64,000 nt of DNA. It comes from Thermodesulfobacteriota bacterium (GTDB taxonomy: Bacteria; Desulfobacterota_D; UBA1144; Nemesobacterales; CSP1-2). Within the stretch, counting starts at the first letter, position 1, and each line of letters starts with the position of its first letter. The position numbers were made by a program, and so were the translations under genes. The notes beneath the pieces were generated by a model. That model saw only the letters and a list, made by a program, of their open reading frames with translations, searched no databases and was not told where the DNA came from. Of this stretch, positions 1 through 9,667 are shown piece by piece. The stretch covers positions 6,359-70,358 of the forward strand of contig DATMAT010000057.1 in the NCBI GenBank assembly GCA_035559815.1, read 5' to 3'.

Positions 1-59
1 AGCTACTGAGTATCATTAAGTTAAAACCCCATTTCTGTAGATATAATTTAGAATAAGCT

Positions 60-782
60 ATGAGGACAAGGAATTTCATATTACCGGTCGTTTGTCTTCT
101 TTTTCTGATACCCATTACCTCACTCGCCGGCAAGCTGTATAAGTGGGTCGACGAGAAGGGCGTAACCCATGTTACCGATGACCCGGAAAAAGTCCCTGAA
201 GAGCATAAAGGTTCGATGAAAAAATTCGCCCCTGAAGACAAACTAGACTCATTAACAATCAAAGTTGAAGACATATGGAAGGACATTAAGAGCGAAAAAG
301 TGAAAATCGCCGCCGGGATCGCCGGGTTAATAATCATTACTGCGTTATACAAGCTGCTGAGACGAACAAAACTAAGAACAAACGAAAAGAAAAGGGAGAA
401 ACATCTCCAGGCACTAGAGCAGTCCGGGATAGACGTCCTAGACCTTGCCCAATATCAAAAATACATCGGAGCATTATTGACCAGACAAGGCTTTAATTTG
501 AGGACACCGGAAGGCTCTTTTAACCTCGGTGTTGACCTGATCGCCGAAAAGGATAAGAGCAGGTACGCCGTCCAGATCAAGCGGCAAGCATCTCCCATAT
601 CCGGTGCTATAGTCAACGACCTGGAGAGGGAAAAACACCGGTATGGTTGCGACCGGTCCATGATTATCAGCAACAATTACTTCACCGATGACGCCGTGGA
701 GAGAGCGGGGCCGAGCGGGTGCACACTTATCGACAGGGAAAAGCTCGGGGAGTGGATCCGGCAATTTGGGGAAAAAGCGTAA
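60..782 (+). CDS. Membrane-anchored protein with a DUF4124-like N-terminus and a C-terminal Mrr-type restriction-endonuclease-like domain
   Basis: 240-aa ORF. Hydrophobic N-terminus, then KLYKWVDEKGVTHVTDDP (DUF4124-like), a second TM segment, and a C-terminal GVDLIAEKD...YAVQIKR core resembling Mrr_cat nucleases. Confidence 0.55.
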   Translation: MRTRNFILPVVCLLFLIPITSLAGKLYKWVDEKGVTHVTDDPEKVPEEHKGSMKKFAPEDKLDSLTIKVEDIWKDIKSEKVKIAAGIAGLIIITALYKLLRRTKLRTNEKKREKHLQALEQSGIDVLDLAQYQKYIGALLTRQGFNLRTPEGSFNLGVDLIAEKDKSRYAVQIKRQASPISGAIVNDLEREKHRYGCDRSMIISNNYFTDDAVERAGPSGCTLIDREKLGEWIRQFGEKA

Positions 783-963
783 ATGCTTAAAGTTCTATAG
801 CCACAGAGAGCACGGAGACAAAAAGGTATTTCTGGAAATTATATTTGTTTACTAGTTGTAATCTCTTCCCAACCTAATCTAAAAGAAACTAAAGATAACC
901 TTAAGGAATTGGTATAATATTCGTCTGTTAATCGGAGCTAGTTAATTTTAAGAAATTTCATAT

Positions 964-2655
964 ATGAAAAAGCTGAATAAACCTATAAGAAAAATTCCGG
1001 TAATAAAACCAGGGCTGGGTATCAGAACCATCCCGGAGATGCTGGAGAGTAGTGCTGAGAAATATAAAGACAAAACAGCATTCATGATGCCCAGAAAGAA
1101 CAGGATGTATGAAATCAGCTTCGGTCAGACCCTGGAGTACGTTAAGCGCATTTCCAGGCATCTGAGGGAACTGGGCTTAGGGAAGGGTGACCACATAGCC
1201 ATTCTCGGAGAAAACAGGCCGGAGTGGGGGATAGCCTACTTCTCCGTAGCCTGGGTGGGCGCCACCGCCATCCCTCTTGATGCCAGGGCCTCACCCGACT
1301 CTTACAAGCCGATCCTAAAATTCTCCGGGGCTAAGGCCATAATCTTATCCCGCTCGTTTCTTCCCTACGTTGAATCCATTTCCGACGAATTGGAGCAACT
1401 GAGACATATCATTTTGATGGATGATTTTGAAGATATATACAACCGCTATTCGACCGGGGTGGATAGGGACACGGTTTCGCCTGACGACCTAATGGAAATT
1501 CTATTCACCTCCGGAACAACCGGCGACCCCAAGGGAGTGATGCTGACCCACGGTAACATCATGTCAAACGTGGACGATATCTACAGCGCCATAGAATTCA
1601 ACCCGGAAGATAGCATGTTTTCCATCCTACCTATCCATCACTCCTACGAATGCACTGGTGGGCTTCTCACCCCTTTCTATAACGGTATGAGCGTATTTTA
1701 CGCCAGAAGCCTGAAACCGAACGAAATGATAGAGGACCTGAGGAGTGCTAAGCCGACCCTCTGGCTTAATTCCCCACTGATTCTGGAGAAGCTCTACCAG
1801 CGGATGAATAAAGAGCTATCCAACCAGAAAGGCTTAAGAGCCTTCGTAACCAACATCCTGCCAAAGAGATTGATCGGCAAAAAGATTAAGGAGAGGTTAG
1901 GACTTCAAAGAATAAGGCTTATAGTATGCGGCGGTGCCGCCCTGCCCGGCTGGGTTTCCAGAGGGCTCGAGGAGTTGGGCTTTCCAATCATACAAGGCTA
2001 CGGTCTTTCCGAAGCAGCACCGCTTATAAGCGTTAATCCCCCCTCGAACCCCAATAACGATAGTGTGGGCATGGTCATACCCAGCGATGAGGTCGAGATA
2101 AGGAATATGGACGGCGAGGGAAACGGCGAGATAATCGCCCGCGGGCCGAACATAATGAAGGGGTATTACAAAAACGAAAGGGCTACGGAAGAAGTACTGA
2201 CCCCGGACGGATGGCTACTAACCGGGGATGTGGGCTATTTTGACGAGGAGGGTTACCTATACATAACCGGCAGAAAAAAGTTCGTGATAGTTACCAAGGG
2301 AGGAAAGAACGTATTCCCGGAGGAAATAGAGGAGAAGCTGACAAAATCGCCATACATCGAAGAGGCCCTGGTGTTCAGCCCGGACGATGAGAATATTCAG
2401 GCTATAATCCATCCCAACATGGAGGAGGTCCGAACAAAACTGGGCAGCTTGGGAGAGGAGTTAAGCGATGAAAACGTGTGGAAACTCCTGAAAGAGGAGA
2501 CCAGAAAAGCCAACCGGGACCTGGAGACGTACAAGAGGATTAGGCACTTTGCGGTGAGGTACGAAGAGTTCCCCAAGACCACAACCCGCAAGATCAAAAG
2601 GCATCTCTTCAGGAATGTGAGTTTAGGGCTCGAAACGAAAGTCTTTAGGGATTAG
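964..2655 (+). CDS. Long-chain acyl-CoA synthetase (AMP-binding family)
   Basis: 563 aa. AMP-binding motifs TSGTTGDPKGVMLTH, GYGLSEAAP and GWLLTGDVGYFDEEGYLYITGRKK. Confidence 0.85.
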   Translation: MKKLNKPIRKIPVIKPGLGIRTIPEMLESSAEKYKDKTAFMMPRKNRMYEISFGQTLEYVKRISRHLRELGLGKGDHIAILGENRPEWGIAYFSVAWVGATAIPLDARASPDSYKPILKFSGAKAIILSRSFLPYVESISDELEQLRHIILMDDFEDIYNRYSTGVDRDTVSPDDLMEILFTSGTTGDPKGVMLTHGNIMSNVDDIYSAIEFNPEDSMFSILPIHHSYECTGGLLTPFYNGMSVFYARSLKPNEMIEDLRSAKPTLWLNSPLILEKLYQRMNKELSNQKGLRAFVTNILPKRLIGKKIKERLGLQRIRLIVCGGAALPGWVSRGLEELGFPIIQGYGLSEAAPLISVNPPSNPNNDSVGMVIPSDEVEIRNMDGEGNGEIIARGPNIMKGYYKNERATEEVLTPDGWLLTGDVGYFDEEGYLYITGRKKFVIVTKGGKNVFPEEIEEKLTKSPYIEEALVFSPDDENIQAIIHPNMEEVRTKLGSLGEELSDENVWKLLKEETRKANRDLETYKRIRHFAVRYEEFPKTTTRKIKRHLFRNVSLGLETKVFRD

Positions 2656-2662
2656 CCCTAAA

Positions 2663-4660
2663 TTAATCCTGATTCCGAAACACACCTGTGACCCCGGCGA
2701 TTTTTTCCGGCTCGCCCAGTAGAATTAATATGTCGTTGGCAGCCAGTTGGGTATCTCCACCAGGATTAGGCAAGATGTTCGAGTCCCGGCGAATCGCCAA
2801 AAGGGTGACCCCGTATTTATTTCTAAGCTCGATCTGGGCCAGGGACTTTCCGATTATAGGGGACTTGTCGCTCACCTGAAGCGTGCAAACCTCGACATTG
2901 GGAAAGTGAAAGGTTAAGTCAAACAAGGACGGGGATGACCTGGAAGGACTCCTGAACATTTCGTACCCGTCGGACCTCACCTCGGCGATGAACTTTTCGA
3001 TATCGTCTCTGGGAACAAGGTATTTGGTCAGCACACGGGTAAAGATCTCCACCGAGGTCTCAAATTCCTCCGGAATAACCTCATCCGCGCCTAATTCGTA
3101 CAGGGGATTGACCTCCTGAATAAAGCGCGTCCTGGCAATAATATACACCTTCGGGTTTAGCCTTCGGGCGATGGAGGTCACTTGTCTGGTCGCTGCCGGG
3201 TCGGAGATCGCTATCACCACCACCCGGGCGTCCTTTATACCGGCATGCTCGAGCACTGCCTCTTGAACTGCGTCTCCGTAATAGATGAGTTCTCCCTTCT
3301 CCTGTTCATCCCTGACCGTTTCCGGGTTCATCTCCAGAATTAAATAGGGTATACCCGCAGCTTTGGCCGCACGGGCCACATTCCTGCCATTAACCCCGAA
3401 ACCTATTATGATGAGATGATCTCTGAGGCGCTCCTGGCGGTCGGCAATATCTATCCCCCGGTAAGGGTATAAACCTGATTTTAATCTTTCCGGCAGTGGC
3501 AACCGTGACACAGAATCGGCGATGCGAGGGGCCAGAGCTATGATAAAAGGAGCAGCAGCCATGCTTAACACCGAAACGGAGAGAAAGGTTTGATAGACGC
3601 TACCATCAAGCAAATCGTTTTGAAGACCGGTTCTAGACAATATGAAGGAAAATTCTCCAACCTGGCTTAGGGTCAAACCCACCAGGATGGTGGTACGAAG
3701 CGGAAACCCGATCAAAGCGCTGGCAAACCCGGCGGTGATGGTTTTCAACATCAGCACGCCCAAGGCAATCATTGCTATCAAAAATGGGTGGCTGAAAAGA
3801 AAATCAAGGTCGAGGAGCATCCCGATGGAGATGAAAAAGAAGCTGAGGAATACGTCACGGAAAGGCAGGATGTTGCTTAGCGCCTGGTGGCTGTATTCAG
3901 ACTCGGAAATGATAAGCCCGGCCAGGAATGCCCCGAGGGCTAGAGAGAGGCCGATGCTGGATGTAAGCCAGGCCACCGCAAAGCACATGACCACTATACT
4001 CAACAAGAAAAGCTCCCGGCTCCTAGTTCGGGCAATCTGAAAGAGCAGGCGAGGTACCAGGTAATGGGCGCTTGCCACCACCAATGCGATTACCAGTACA
4101 CCTTTGACCAGAAGATAGAGGAGGGATTGTCCCACATTCTCTACCCCTCTGGAGAGAAGGGGAGTCAACAACATCATAGGAACAACTATCACATCCTGGA
4201 AGATCAAAATAGCCAGGGAAGTACGTCCTTGTGGACTATCAACCTCGGCTCTTTCCTGGAGTAGTTTTAGCACAATGGCCGTACTGCTGAGGGATATAAG
4301 AAATCCCAGAAAAACCGATTCCCCAAACGGTCGACCGAAGAGCTCAGCCACGACGAATACGACCAGTATGGTTATGAACACCTGAAGAGAACCACCTAAC
4401 AATACTGTTTTTCTGATGTGAAGAAGACTTTTCAGAGAAAACTCAATACCGATCGTGAATAGCAGTAGAACAACCCCTATCTCGGCCAGGGTTTCCACTT
4501 CGTGTGACTGCTTTATCAAGGCTAGGCCGTATGGCCCGGCTATCGTTCCGGTCAAGAGAAACCCGACTATGGTGGGCACACGCAGTCGGTGGCATATGAA
4601 GAGAACAAAAATGGAAAGTCCAAATATTATGACTATTTCGCTGAGTAAAGGTATCTGCAT
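2663..4660 (-). CDS. CPA2 cation:proton antiporter with TrkA-N/TrkA-C regulatory domains (Kef-like)
   Basis: 665 aa. About 12 TM helices, then a Rossmann segment IIIGFGVNGRNVA and a C-terminal TrkA-C-like domain. Confidence 0.85.
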   Translation of the reverse strand: MQIPLLSEIVIIFGLSIFVLFICHRLRVPTIVGFLLTGTIAGPYGLALIKQSHEVETLAEIGVVLLLFTIGIEFSLKSLLHIRKTVLLGGSLQVFITILVVFVVAELFGRPFGESVFLGFLISLSSTAIVLKLLQERAEVDSPQGRTSLAILIFQDVIVVPMMLLTPLLSRGVENVGQSLLYLLVKGVLVIALVVASAHYLVPRLLFQIARTRSRELFLLSIVVMCFAVAWLTSSIGLSLALGAFLAGLIISESEYSHQALSNILPFRDVFLSFFFISIGMLLDLDFLFSHPFLIAMIALGVLMLKTITAGFASALIGFPLRTTILVGLTLSQVGEFSFILSRTGLQNDLLDGSVYQTFLSVSVLSMAAAPFIIALAPRIADSVSRLPLPERLKSGLYPYRGIDIADRQERLRDHLIIIGFGVNGRNVARAAKAAGIPYLILEMNPETVRDEQEKGELIYYGDAVQEAVLEHAGIKDARVVVIAISDPAATRQVTSIARRLNPKVYIIARTRFIQEVNPLYELGADEVIPEEFETSVEIFTRVLTKYLVPRDDIEKFIAEVRSDGYEMFRSPSRSSPSLFDLTFHFPNVEVCTLQVSDKSPIIGKSLAQIELRNKYGVTLLAIRRDSNILPNPGGDTQLAANDILILLGEPEKIAGVTGVFRNQD

Positions 4661-4770
4661 GTAAACAAAAGCTCCTTGAAATCAGGAACAGCTAACCATC
4701 GTGAAATATACGGAGTACGAATAGGTCGGATAAAACAGTAAACAATATAACATTTAAAGCTATCTTCATC

Positions 4771-5310
4771 CTAACTTTTATTCTTCCTTAGAATCTTAAA
4801 AACTTCCATCACCACCAGTATGCTCGATGCCAGGAGGAACAGGAAAAACCATTCCTCGATTGAAACCGGCGAGACTTGCAGAACCTTCTGCATGAACGGG
4901 ACATACATAGCCATGATGTGGATACCCTGGGCCGCAAGAACACCCACCACGAGAAAAACATTCTGCTTTAACGAGATCTTGAACACAGATTGGTATTCCG
5001 AGCGGCAGTTGAATACATGATAATTTTCCAACAAGACCATGAGCAATAAAACTATATTGCGAGCCGCAAATTCCTCCCAACCCGATTCCAACAACCAATA
5101 CCAGACTCCAAAAGATAAAGAGCCCATGACCGCACCGGAGACAAGCGTTTGCTGAACCATCAACCGGTTAAAAATACCCTCGGTCGGTTTACGGGGCGGT
5201 CGCAACATTGCCCCTGGCTCCCCGGGCTCAAAGGCCAGGGCGACGTCCTGAATGCCGTTGGTCACCAGATTAAGCCAGAGAAGTTGCTCTAAAAAGAGTG
5301 CAAGCGGTAA
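4771..5310 (-). pseudogene. 3' remnant of a P-type cation-transporting ATPase (C-terminal TM bundle only)
   Basis: The frame reads LPLALFLEQLLWLNLVTNGIQDVALAFEPGEPGAMLRPPRKP, which matches the TM5/6 to C-terminus region of P-type ATPases. The ~700 upstream residues are absent. The similarity stops where an opposite-strand CBS ORF begins at 5311. Confidence 0.55.
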
Positions 5311-5511
5311 ATGGCGACGAGTGTCAAGAAAATGACAAGCAGTCCGGTGATAACGTTAACAGAGGAGGATACCGTCGAAGAAGTAGTGAAGAAGATGCTC
5401 CACTATGATATAAACCGTATCCCCATTGTTGATAAAGAGGGAAGACCAGTCGGAATAGTTGCTCGATACGACCTGCTTCGGCTGATTTCACCGGTTAACA
5501 AAACAAGATGA
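5311..5511 (+). CDS. Single CBS-domain protein (possibly a fragment)
   Basis: 66 aa. VITLTEEDTVEEVVKKMLHYDINRIPIVDKEGRPVGIVARYDLLRL is one CBS motif, whereas CBS motifs usually occur in pairs. Confidence 0.45.
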   Translation: MATSVKKMTSSPVITLTEEDTVEEVVKKMLHYDINRIPIVDKEGRPVGIVARYDLLRLISPVNKTR

Positions 5512-5572
5512 AAAACAATAAGCCTAGCCCAAGTAAAACTCTTTTCTTGGCGTGTTAAAAGTAGTTAAGTGG

Positions 5573-5609
5573 GTAGGTAAAAGTACTCTACCGAAGTACT
5601 TTTACCTAC
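5573..5609. terminator. Perfect 15-bp-stem hairpin between convergent genes (candidate bidirectional terminator)
   Basis: GTAGGTAAAAGTACT-ctaccga-AGTACTTTTACCTAC, lying between the CBS gene end and the lipoprotein gene end. Confidence 0.55.
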
Positions 5610-5674
5610 GGTAAACCTTTTATATTGTCGTCGGCAATCTTTAATGAATTTAAAAGCTTAAATCGGAAAAGTTT

Positions 5675-6115
5675 TCAATGGGCAGGGGCTTCTTCCGTTT
5701 CATGTTCCATCATCTCTTTCCCGTGCTCCATCATTTCCTCGCCTTCCTTCTTCATTTCTTCCGCTGCCTCCTCCATCTTTTCACCGGCTTCTTCCATCGC
5801 TTTACCGGTTTCCTCGGCTGCATCCTTTCCCATCTCGGCGGCATCTTCCATCGCTTCGCCGGCTTTCTCTGCAGCTTCCTCTGCCATTTCCGCCGCATCT
5901 TCAGCCGCACCTACTGCCGCCTTTCCAGCATCTTCCACCATCTCACCGGCTTTTTCTCCAGCTTCTTCCATTGCTTCGCCGGCTTTTTCCGCGCCTTCCT
6001 TCACCGCCTCACCCGCTTCTTCAGTCGGTTTCTCCGCCCTCTCCGGACAGGCGCTCAAACCCACTACAAAAACACCTACCGACAGCACGATAAAAAGCTT
6101 CTTGAAGATTGACAT
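5675..6115 (-). CDS. Acidic Ala/Glu/Met-rich repeat lipoprotein
   Basis: AGGAGGAGG Shine-Dalgarno 7 nt upstream of the ATG. Signal peptide with lipobox VVGLSAC. The mature part consists of repeats such as AGEAMEEAGEKAGEMVEDAGK and ends EEMMEHGKEMMEHETEEAPAH. Confidence 0.6.
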   Translation of the reverse strand: MSIFKKLFIVLSVGVFVVGLSACPERAEKPTEEAGEAVKEGAEKAGEAMEEAGEKAGEMVEDAGKAAVGAAEDAAEMAEEAAEKAGEAMEDAAEMGKDAAEETGKAMEEAGEKMEEAAEEMKKEGEEMMEHGKEMMEHETEEAPAH

Positions 6116-6389
6116 GTCCTACCTCCTCCTTTAAGTATTTTCGCTATTCAATATTGAAAAAAAGCACAAAGTCAGAGCATTATGCAATTTGTGCACTAAT
6201 ATACACCATACCATTCCATTTTGTAAAGGCTTTAACCAACGACATGACCGTCGTCTATTTGCTTCAGAAAATTCGATGTTTAATCAGTCCGGAAAGCCAG
6301 ATAAAATTACAAACTAAGAGTCTTCGTTTAAGTGAATAGGATATCCCGCAGTGCTACTTTAGAGCGAACAACTTTAGGAGGGTCAAGCA

Positions 6390-7169
6390 ATGAAATTAGA
6401 CGGAAAGGTAGCCGTTGTAACCGGGGCGGCAAGCGGCATCGGACTGGCCATAGCCGAGGGACTAGCTAAAGAGGGTGTAAATATAACCATAGCCGATTTG
6501 GACGGTGAAGGAGGGAAGAAGGCTGTAGAGAAAATTCAAAAACTGGGTAGAGACGGTCTTTTCGTCAAAACCGATGTCACCAAGCGCGAGGACTGTAAGA
6601 ATCTAATCGCCGAGACCATGAAGAAGTTTGGTCGAATCGATATTCTGGTCAACAATGCCGGGCTACAGCACGTATCCCCGATCATTGATTTTCCGGAAGA
6701 GAAATGGGACCTGCTCATTGGGGTTATGATTACCGGCCCTTTCCTCTGCACCAAATATGCACTTCCACACATGATAAAACAAAAATGGGGAAGGATAATA
6801 AACATATCTTCCATACACGGGATTATTGCCGCTAAATTCAAATCCGCTTACGTTTCGGCAAAGCACGGCGTGATCGGTCTTACCAAGGTAACCGCGTTAG
6901 AGATGCTAGAACATGGAATAACCGCAAACGCTATATGCCCCACATTCGTGCGTACTCCACTCGTAGATAAACAGATAGACGACCAAGCCAAGGCCCACGG
7001 CATACCCAGGGAAGAAGTGCTCGAAAAGGTAATCCTGGCCGAGGCCCCTATGAAAAGGATGCTCGAACCGGAAGAGGTGGCAGACCTGGTTGTTTATTTG
7101 TCCGGCGAGTCGGCCCGTAACATCACCGGGTCGGCAATAACCATAGATGAGGGATGGACGGCGCAGTAA
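6390..7169 (+). CDS. bdhA: 3-hydroxybutyrate dehydrogenase-like short-chain dehydrogenase
   Basis: 259 aa. TGAASGIGLAIA cofactor motif, NNAGLQHVSPIIDFP, catalytic YVSAKHG, and a C-terminal IDEGWTAQ typical of BdhA-type SDRs. Confidence 0.75.
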   Translation: MKLDGKVAVVTGAASGIGLAIAEGLAKEGVNITIADLDGEGGKKAVEKIQKLGRDGLFVKTDVTKREDCKNLIAETMKKFGRIDILVNNAGLQHVSPIIDFPEEKWDLLIGVMITGPFLCTKYALPHMIKQKWGRIINISSIHGIIAAKFKSAYVSAKHGVIGLTKVTALEMLEHGITANAICPTFVRTPLVDKQIDDQAKAHGIPREEVLEKVILAEAPMKRMLEPEEVADLVVYLSGESARNITGSAITIDEGWTAQ

Positions 7170-7206
7170 AAAGAGATGTCTAAACTCACTTTAGTTGAGG
7201 TTTATA

Positions 7207-8127
7207 TCACCCGGCTCGTCGTTTTATAATGTTCTTACCAGAGACTCGGCGTGTAAATTCTTTGGCGACTTTGAGAAATGCTTGCAAAACAGGAGACTTA
7301 TTATCACGCTTCCAAGCTACATTTAATTCCATCTTTTTCATTGGCTGCCACAGCTCGCGATAAACCACTCCCTCTCTTTTCAAGTCTTTCATCGATTCGG
7401 GAACTAATGATATACCCAATCCCGTTGCAATAAGTCCAAGTATAGTTTGCATCTGGTTTGCTTCCTGTATTACGTTGGGAGTGAAATCGGCATTCTGGCA
7501 AAGTCCAATGATTTGATTGTAAAGACCACAACCTAGATGGCGAGGAAATAAGACAAAAGGCTCGCTTTTTAATGCTCGAAGAGGTATCTTCTGTTTTGCT
7601 GAAAGAGGGTGATTCTCCGGCAGTGCTACGATAATAAACTCCTCCAGTATGGGTTCAAAAGAAAGCTCTTCATCCCGTATGGGTGAAAGAAGAAAACCAA
7701 CTTGAATGTCCTTGTTATGGAGAGCCTCTATGAGTTGAGCGGTAGTCATTTCTTTTAATTGCAGATGAATATCAGGGAATCGCTCTCTGAAAATCTTTAG
7801 AATGTTAGGAATTACATCATATGTAGCAAAACCCTCAAAACCTACCGTAAGCTCACCAATTTCTCCACGGCTTGCACGCTGAGCGGTACGTATAGACTGT
7901 TCGACCCGCTCAAGTATCCTCCGCGCTTCATCGAGAAATGCTCGTCCCGCCTCAGTCAACTCAATTCTGCGTTTAGTCCTGCGGAGAAGTTCAACCCCTA
8001 ATTGTTTTTCCAGTTGGCGTATTTGCTGACTGAGTGGAGGTTGGGCAATATGGAGTCTTTTAGCAGCCTCACCAAAATGCAGTTCTTCAGCGACCGCGAC
8101 AAAGTATCGCAAATGTCTCAATTCCAT
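7207..8127 (-). CDS. LysR-family transcriptional regulator
   Basis: 306 aa. N-terminal MELRHLRYFVAVAEELHFGEAAKRLHIAQPPLSQQIRQLE helix-turn-helix plus a LysR substrate-binding domain. Confidence 0.9.
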   Translation of the reverse strand: MELRHLRYFVAVAEELHFGEAAKRLHIAQPPLSQQIRQLEKQLGVELLRRTKRRIELTEAGRAFLDEARRILERVEQSIRTAQRASRGEIGELTVGFEGFATYDVIPNILKIFRERFPDIHLQLKEMTTAQLIEALHNKDIQVGFLLSPIRDEELSFEPILEEFIIVALPENHPLSAKQKIPLRALKSEPFVLFPRHLGCGLYNQIIGLCQNADFTPNVIQEANQMQTILGLIATGLGISLVPESMKDLKREGVVYRELWQPMKKMELNVAWKRDNKSPVLQAFLKVAKEFTRRVSGKNIIKRRAG

Positions 8128-8301
8128 AGCCTCATTATATCATACTTTTAAAGTCTTAATTTATAACGAAAAATATATTGGACTAATATAAACCGCTTAT
8201 ATAAAATCTAAGCAGACTAAGGCTCTTAACAAATAATCCGAATAAGTATAGAAGTTTTCATTTGAGATTAAATAAAAACAATAGCAAGGGAGAGTAAAGA
8301 G

Positions 8302-8673
8302 ATGACTGATGAAGAAAGAAAATCCATAGCTTCGGAGTATCTAAAGAGGCTTGATAGAGGTGAAGATTTCTTCGAGCTTTTTGACGAAAATGCCGAGGTA
8401 TTCTTTCCCAGGTCGGGCGTCGCGGTAGGGGCTGATGCATACAAGAAGCTCTTCTCCGATTTAGCGGCGAAGGTGAAAAGGTTCAGGCATCATCATGCCT
8501 ATTTAAACTGGATAATTCAGGGCGACATGGTCGTGGCTGAAGGATCGAGCGAGGGAGAATTAAAGACCGGAGAAAAATGGACTGACAGCAAATGGTGCGA
8601 TGTATTTGAGATTAGGAACGGCAAGATTCAACGTCTCTACATATACCTGGACCCGGAGTACTCCAGATATTAA
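8302..8673 (+). CDS. SnoaL/NTF2-like small protein
   Basis: 123 aa. Size and pattern (KWCDVFEIRNGKIQRLYIYLD) are typical of the NTF2-like fold. Divergent from the LysR gene. Confidence 0.45.
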   Translation: MTDEERKSIASEYLKRLDRGEDFFELFDENAEVFFPRSGVAVGADAYKKLFSDLAAKVKRFRHHHAYLNWIIQGDMVVAEGSSEGELKTGEKWTDSKWCDVFEIRNGKIQRLYIYLDPEYSRY

Positions 8674-8817
8674 TGAAGTGCATATTGCAAAAACAGAGCA
8701 CAAAGCTGTGCCTGTATACAAAAGCTGATTCCCCATAGAAGTATCCAAGCAAGATCAAAGACGACGAAGGATAAAATAAGTTGCTAAAAAAATATCTAGC
8801 ATAAGGAGGAAAGTATT

Positions 8818-9537
8818 ATGATATACCCTGAGATTAAGACGAAACTTTTTCTAGTTGTTTTGCTTTTCCTGGTTTCTACAAGCGCCTGGGCGCAAAAGCC
8901 ATCTCCCAGAATGCTGACACCAACCAACCATATATTAATTCTAATCGACCATCAGCCCCAGATGGCTTTTGCCACCAAGTCAATCGATATCGTGGAGTTG
9001 AGGAATAACGTAACCGGACTGGCCAAAGCAGCCAAGGTTTTTAACGTTCCGGCTATATTAACGACAGTAGCAGAAAAAACCTTTAGCGGCCCTATGTTTC
9101 CGGAAATCATGGCTGTCTTCCCCGACCAGCAACCCATAGACAGGACCACAATGAACACCTGGGAGGATGATAGGGTAGTTAAAAAGGTAAAAGAGTTTGG
9201 TAAGAAGAAATTGGTGATCGCAGCTTTGTGGACTGAGGTATGCGGAGTTGGCCCGGTACTTTCTGCAATTGATGAAGGTTATGAAGTTTATTTCGTTACC
9301 GACGCATCCGGTGGTGTAAGTGACGATGCGCATAACATGGCCATAGAAAGAATGGTACTGGCAGGCGCCATCCCGATTACCTGGCTTCAGTACATGCTGG
9401 AATTACAACGGGATTGGGCAAGACAAGAAACTTATGCGGCTGTTACTGGTATTGCAAAAGAACACGGCGGCGGTTATGGGCTTGGAATAATTTATGCCAA
9501 GGAAATGTTCGGTGCAGAGGAAGGTAAAAACCAGTAA
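8818..9537 (+). CDS. Secreted isochorismatase-family hydrolase
   Basis: 239 aa. Signal peptide ending STSAWAQ. Isochorismatase-like core with LVIAALWTEVCGVGPVLSAIDEGYEVYFVTDASGG. Confidence 0.7.
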   Translation: MIYPEIKTKLFLVVLLFLVSTSAWAQKPSPRMLTPTNHILILIDHQPQMAFATKSIDIVELRNNVTGLAKAAKVFNVPAILTTVAEKTFSGPMFPEIMAVFPDQQPIDRTTMNTWEDDRVVKKVKEFGKKKLVIAALWTEVCGVGPVLSAIDEGYEVYFVTDASGGVSDDAHNMAIERMVLAGAIPITWLQYMLELQRDWARQETYAAVTGIAKEHGGGYGLGIIYAKEMFGAEEGKNQ

Positions 9538-9667
9538 GGCTAACCAATATGAAAGGGTCATGTGCAAAATGGGGGCACATGCCTCGTTGTTTTAGTATTT
9601 TTCTCAGCCATGGCGAAGCTTAGGGGTTCAAAATTTTGAGCCCCTATTAAAAAACAAGGAGACAGAT

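Noticed and set aside
5625-6134. Two long + strand ORFs (169 aa Ser/Ala-rich and 144 aa Phe/His/Leu-rich) overlapping the lipoprotein gene
   Set aside because: They are frame and strand shadows of the GAA/GCN-rich low-complexity repeat. Only the minus-strand frame has a strong Shine-Dalgarno, a signal peptide and a lipobox.
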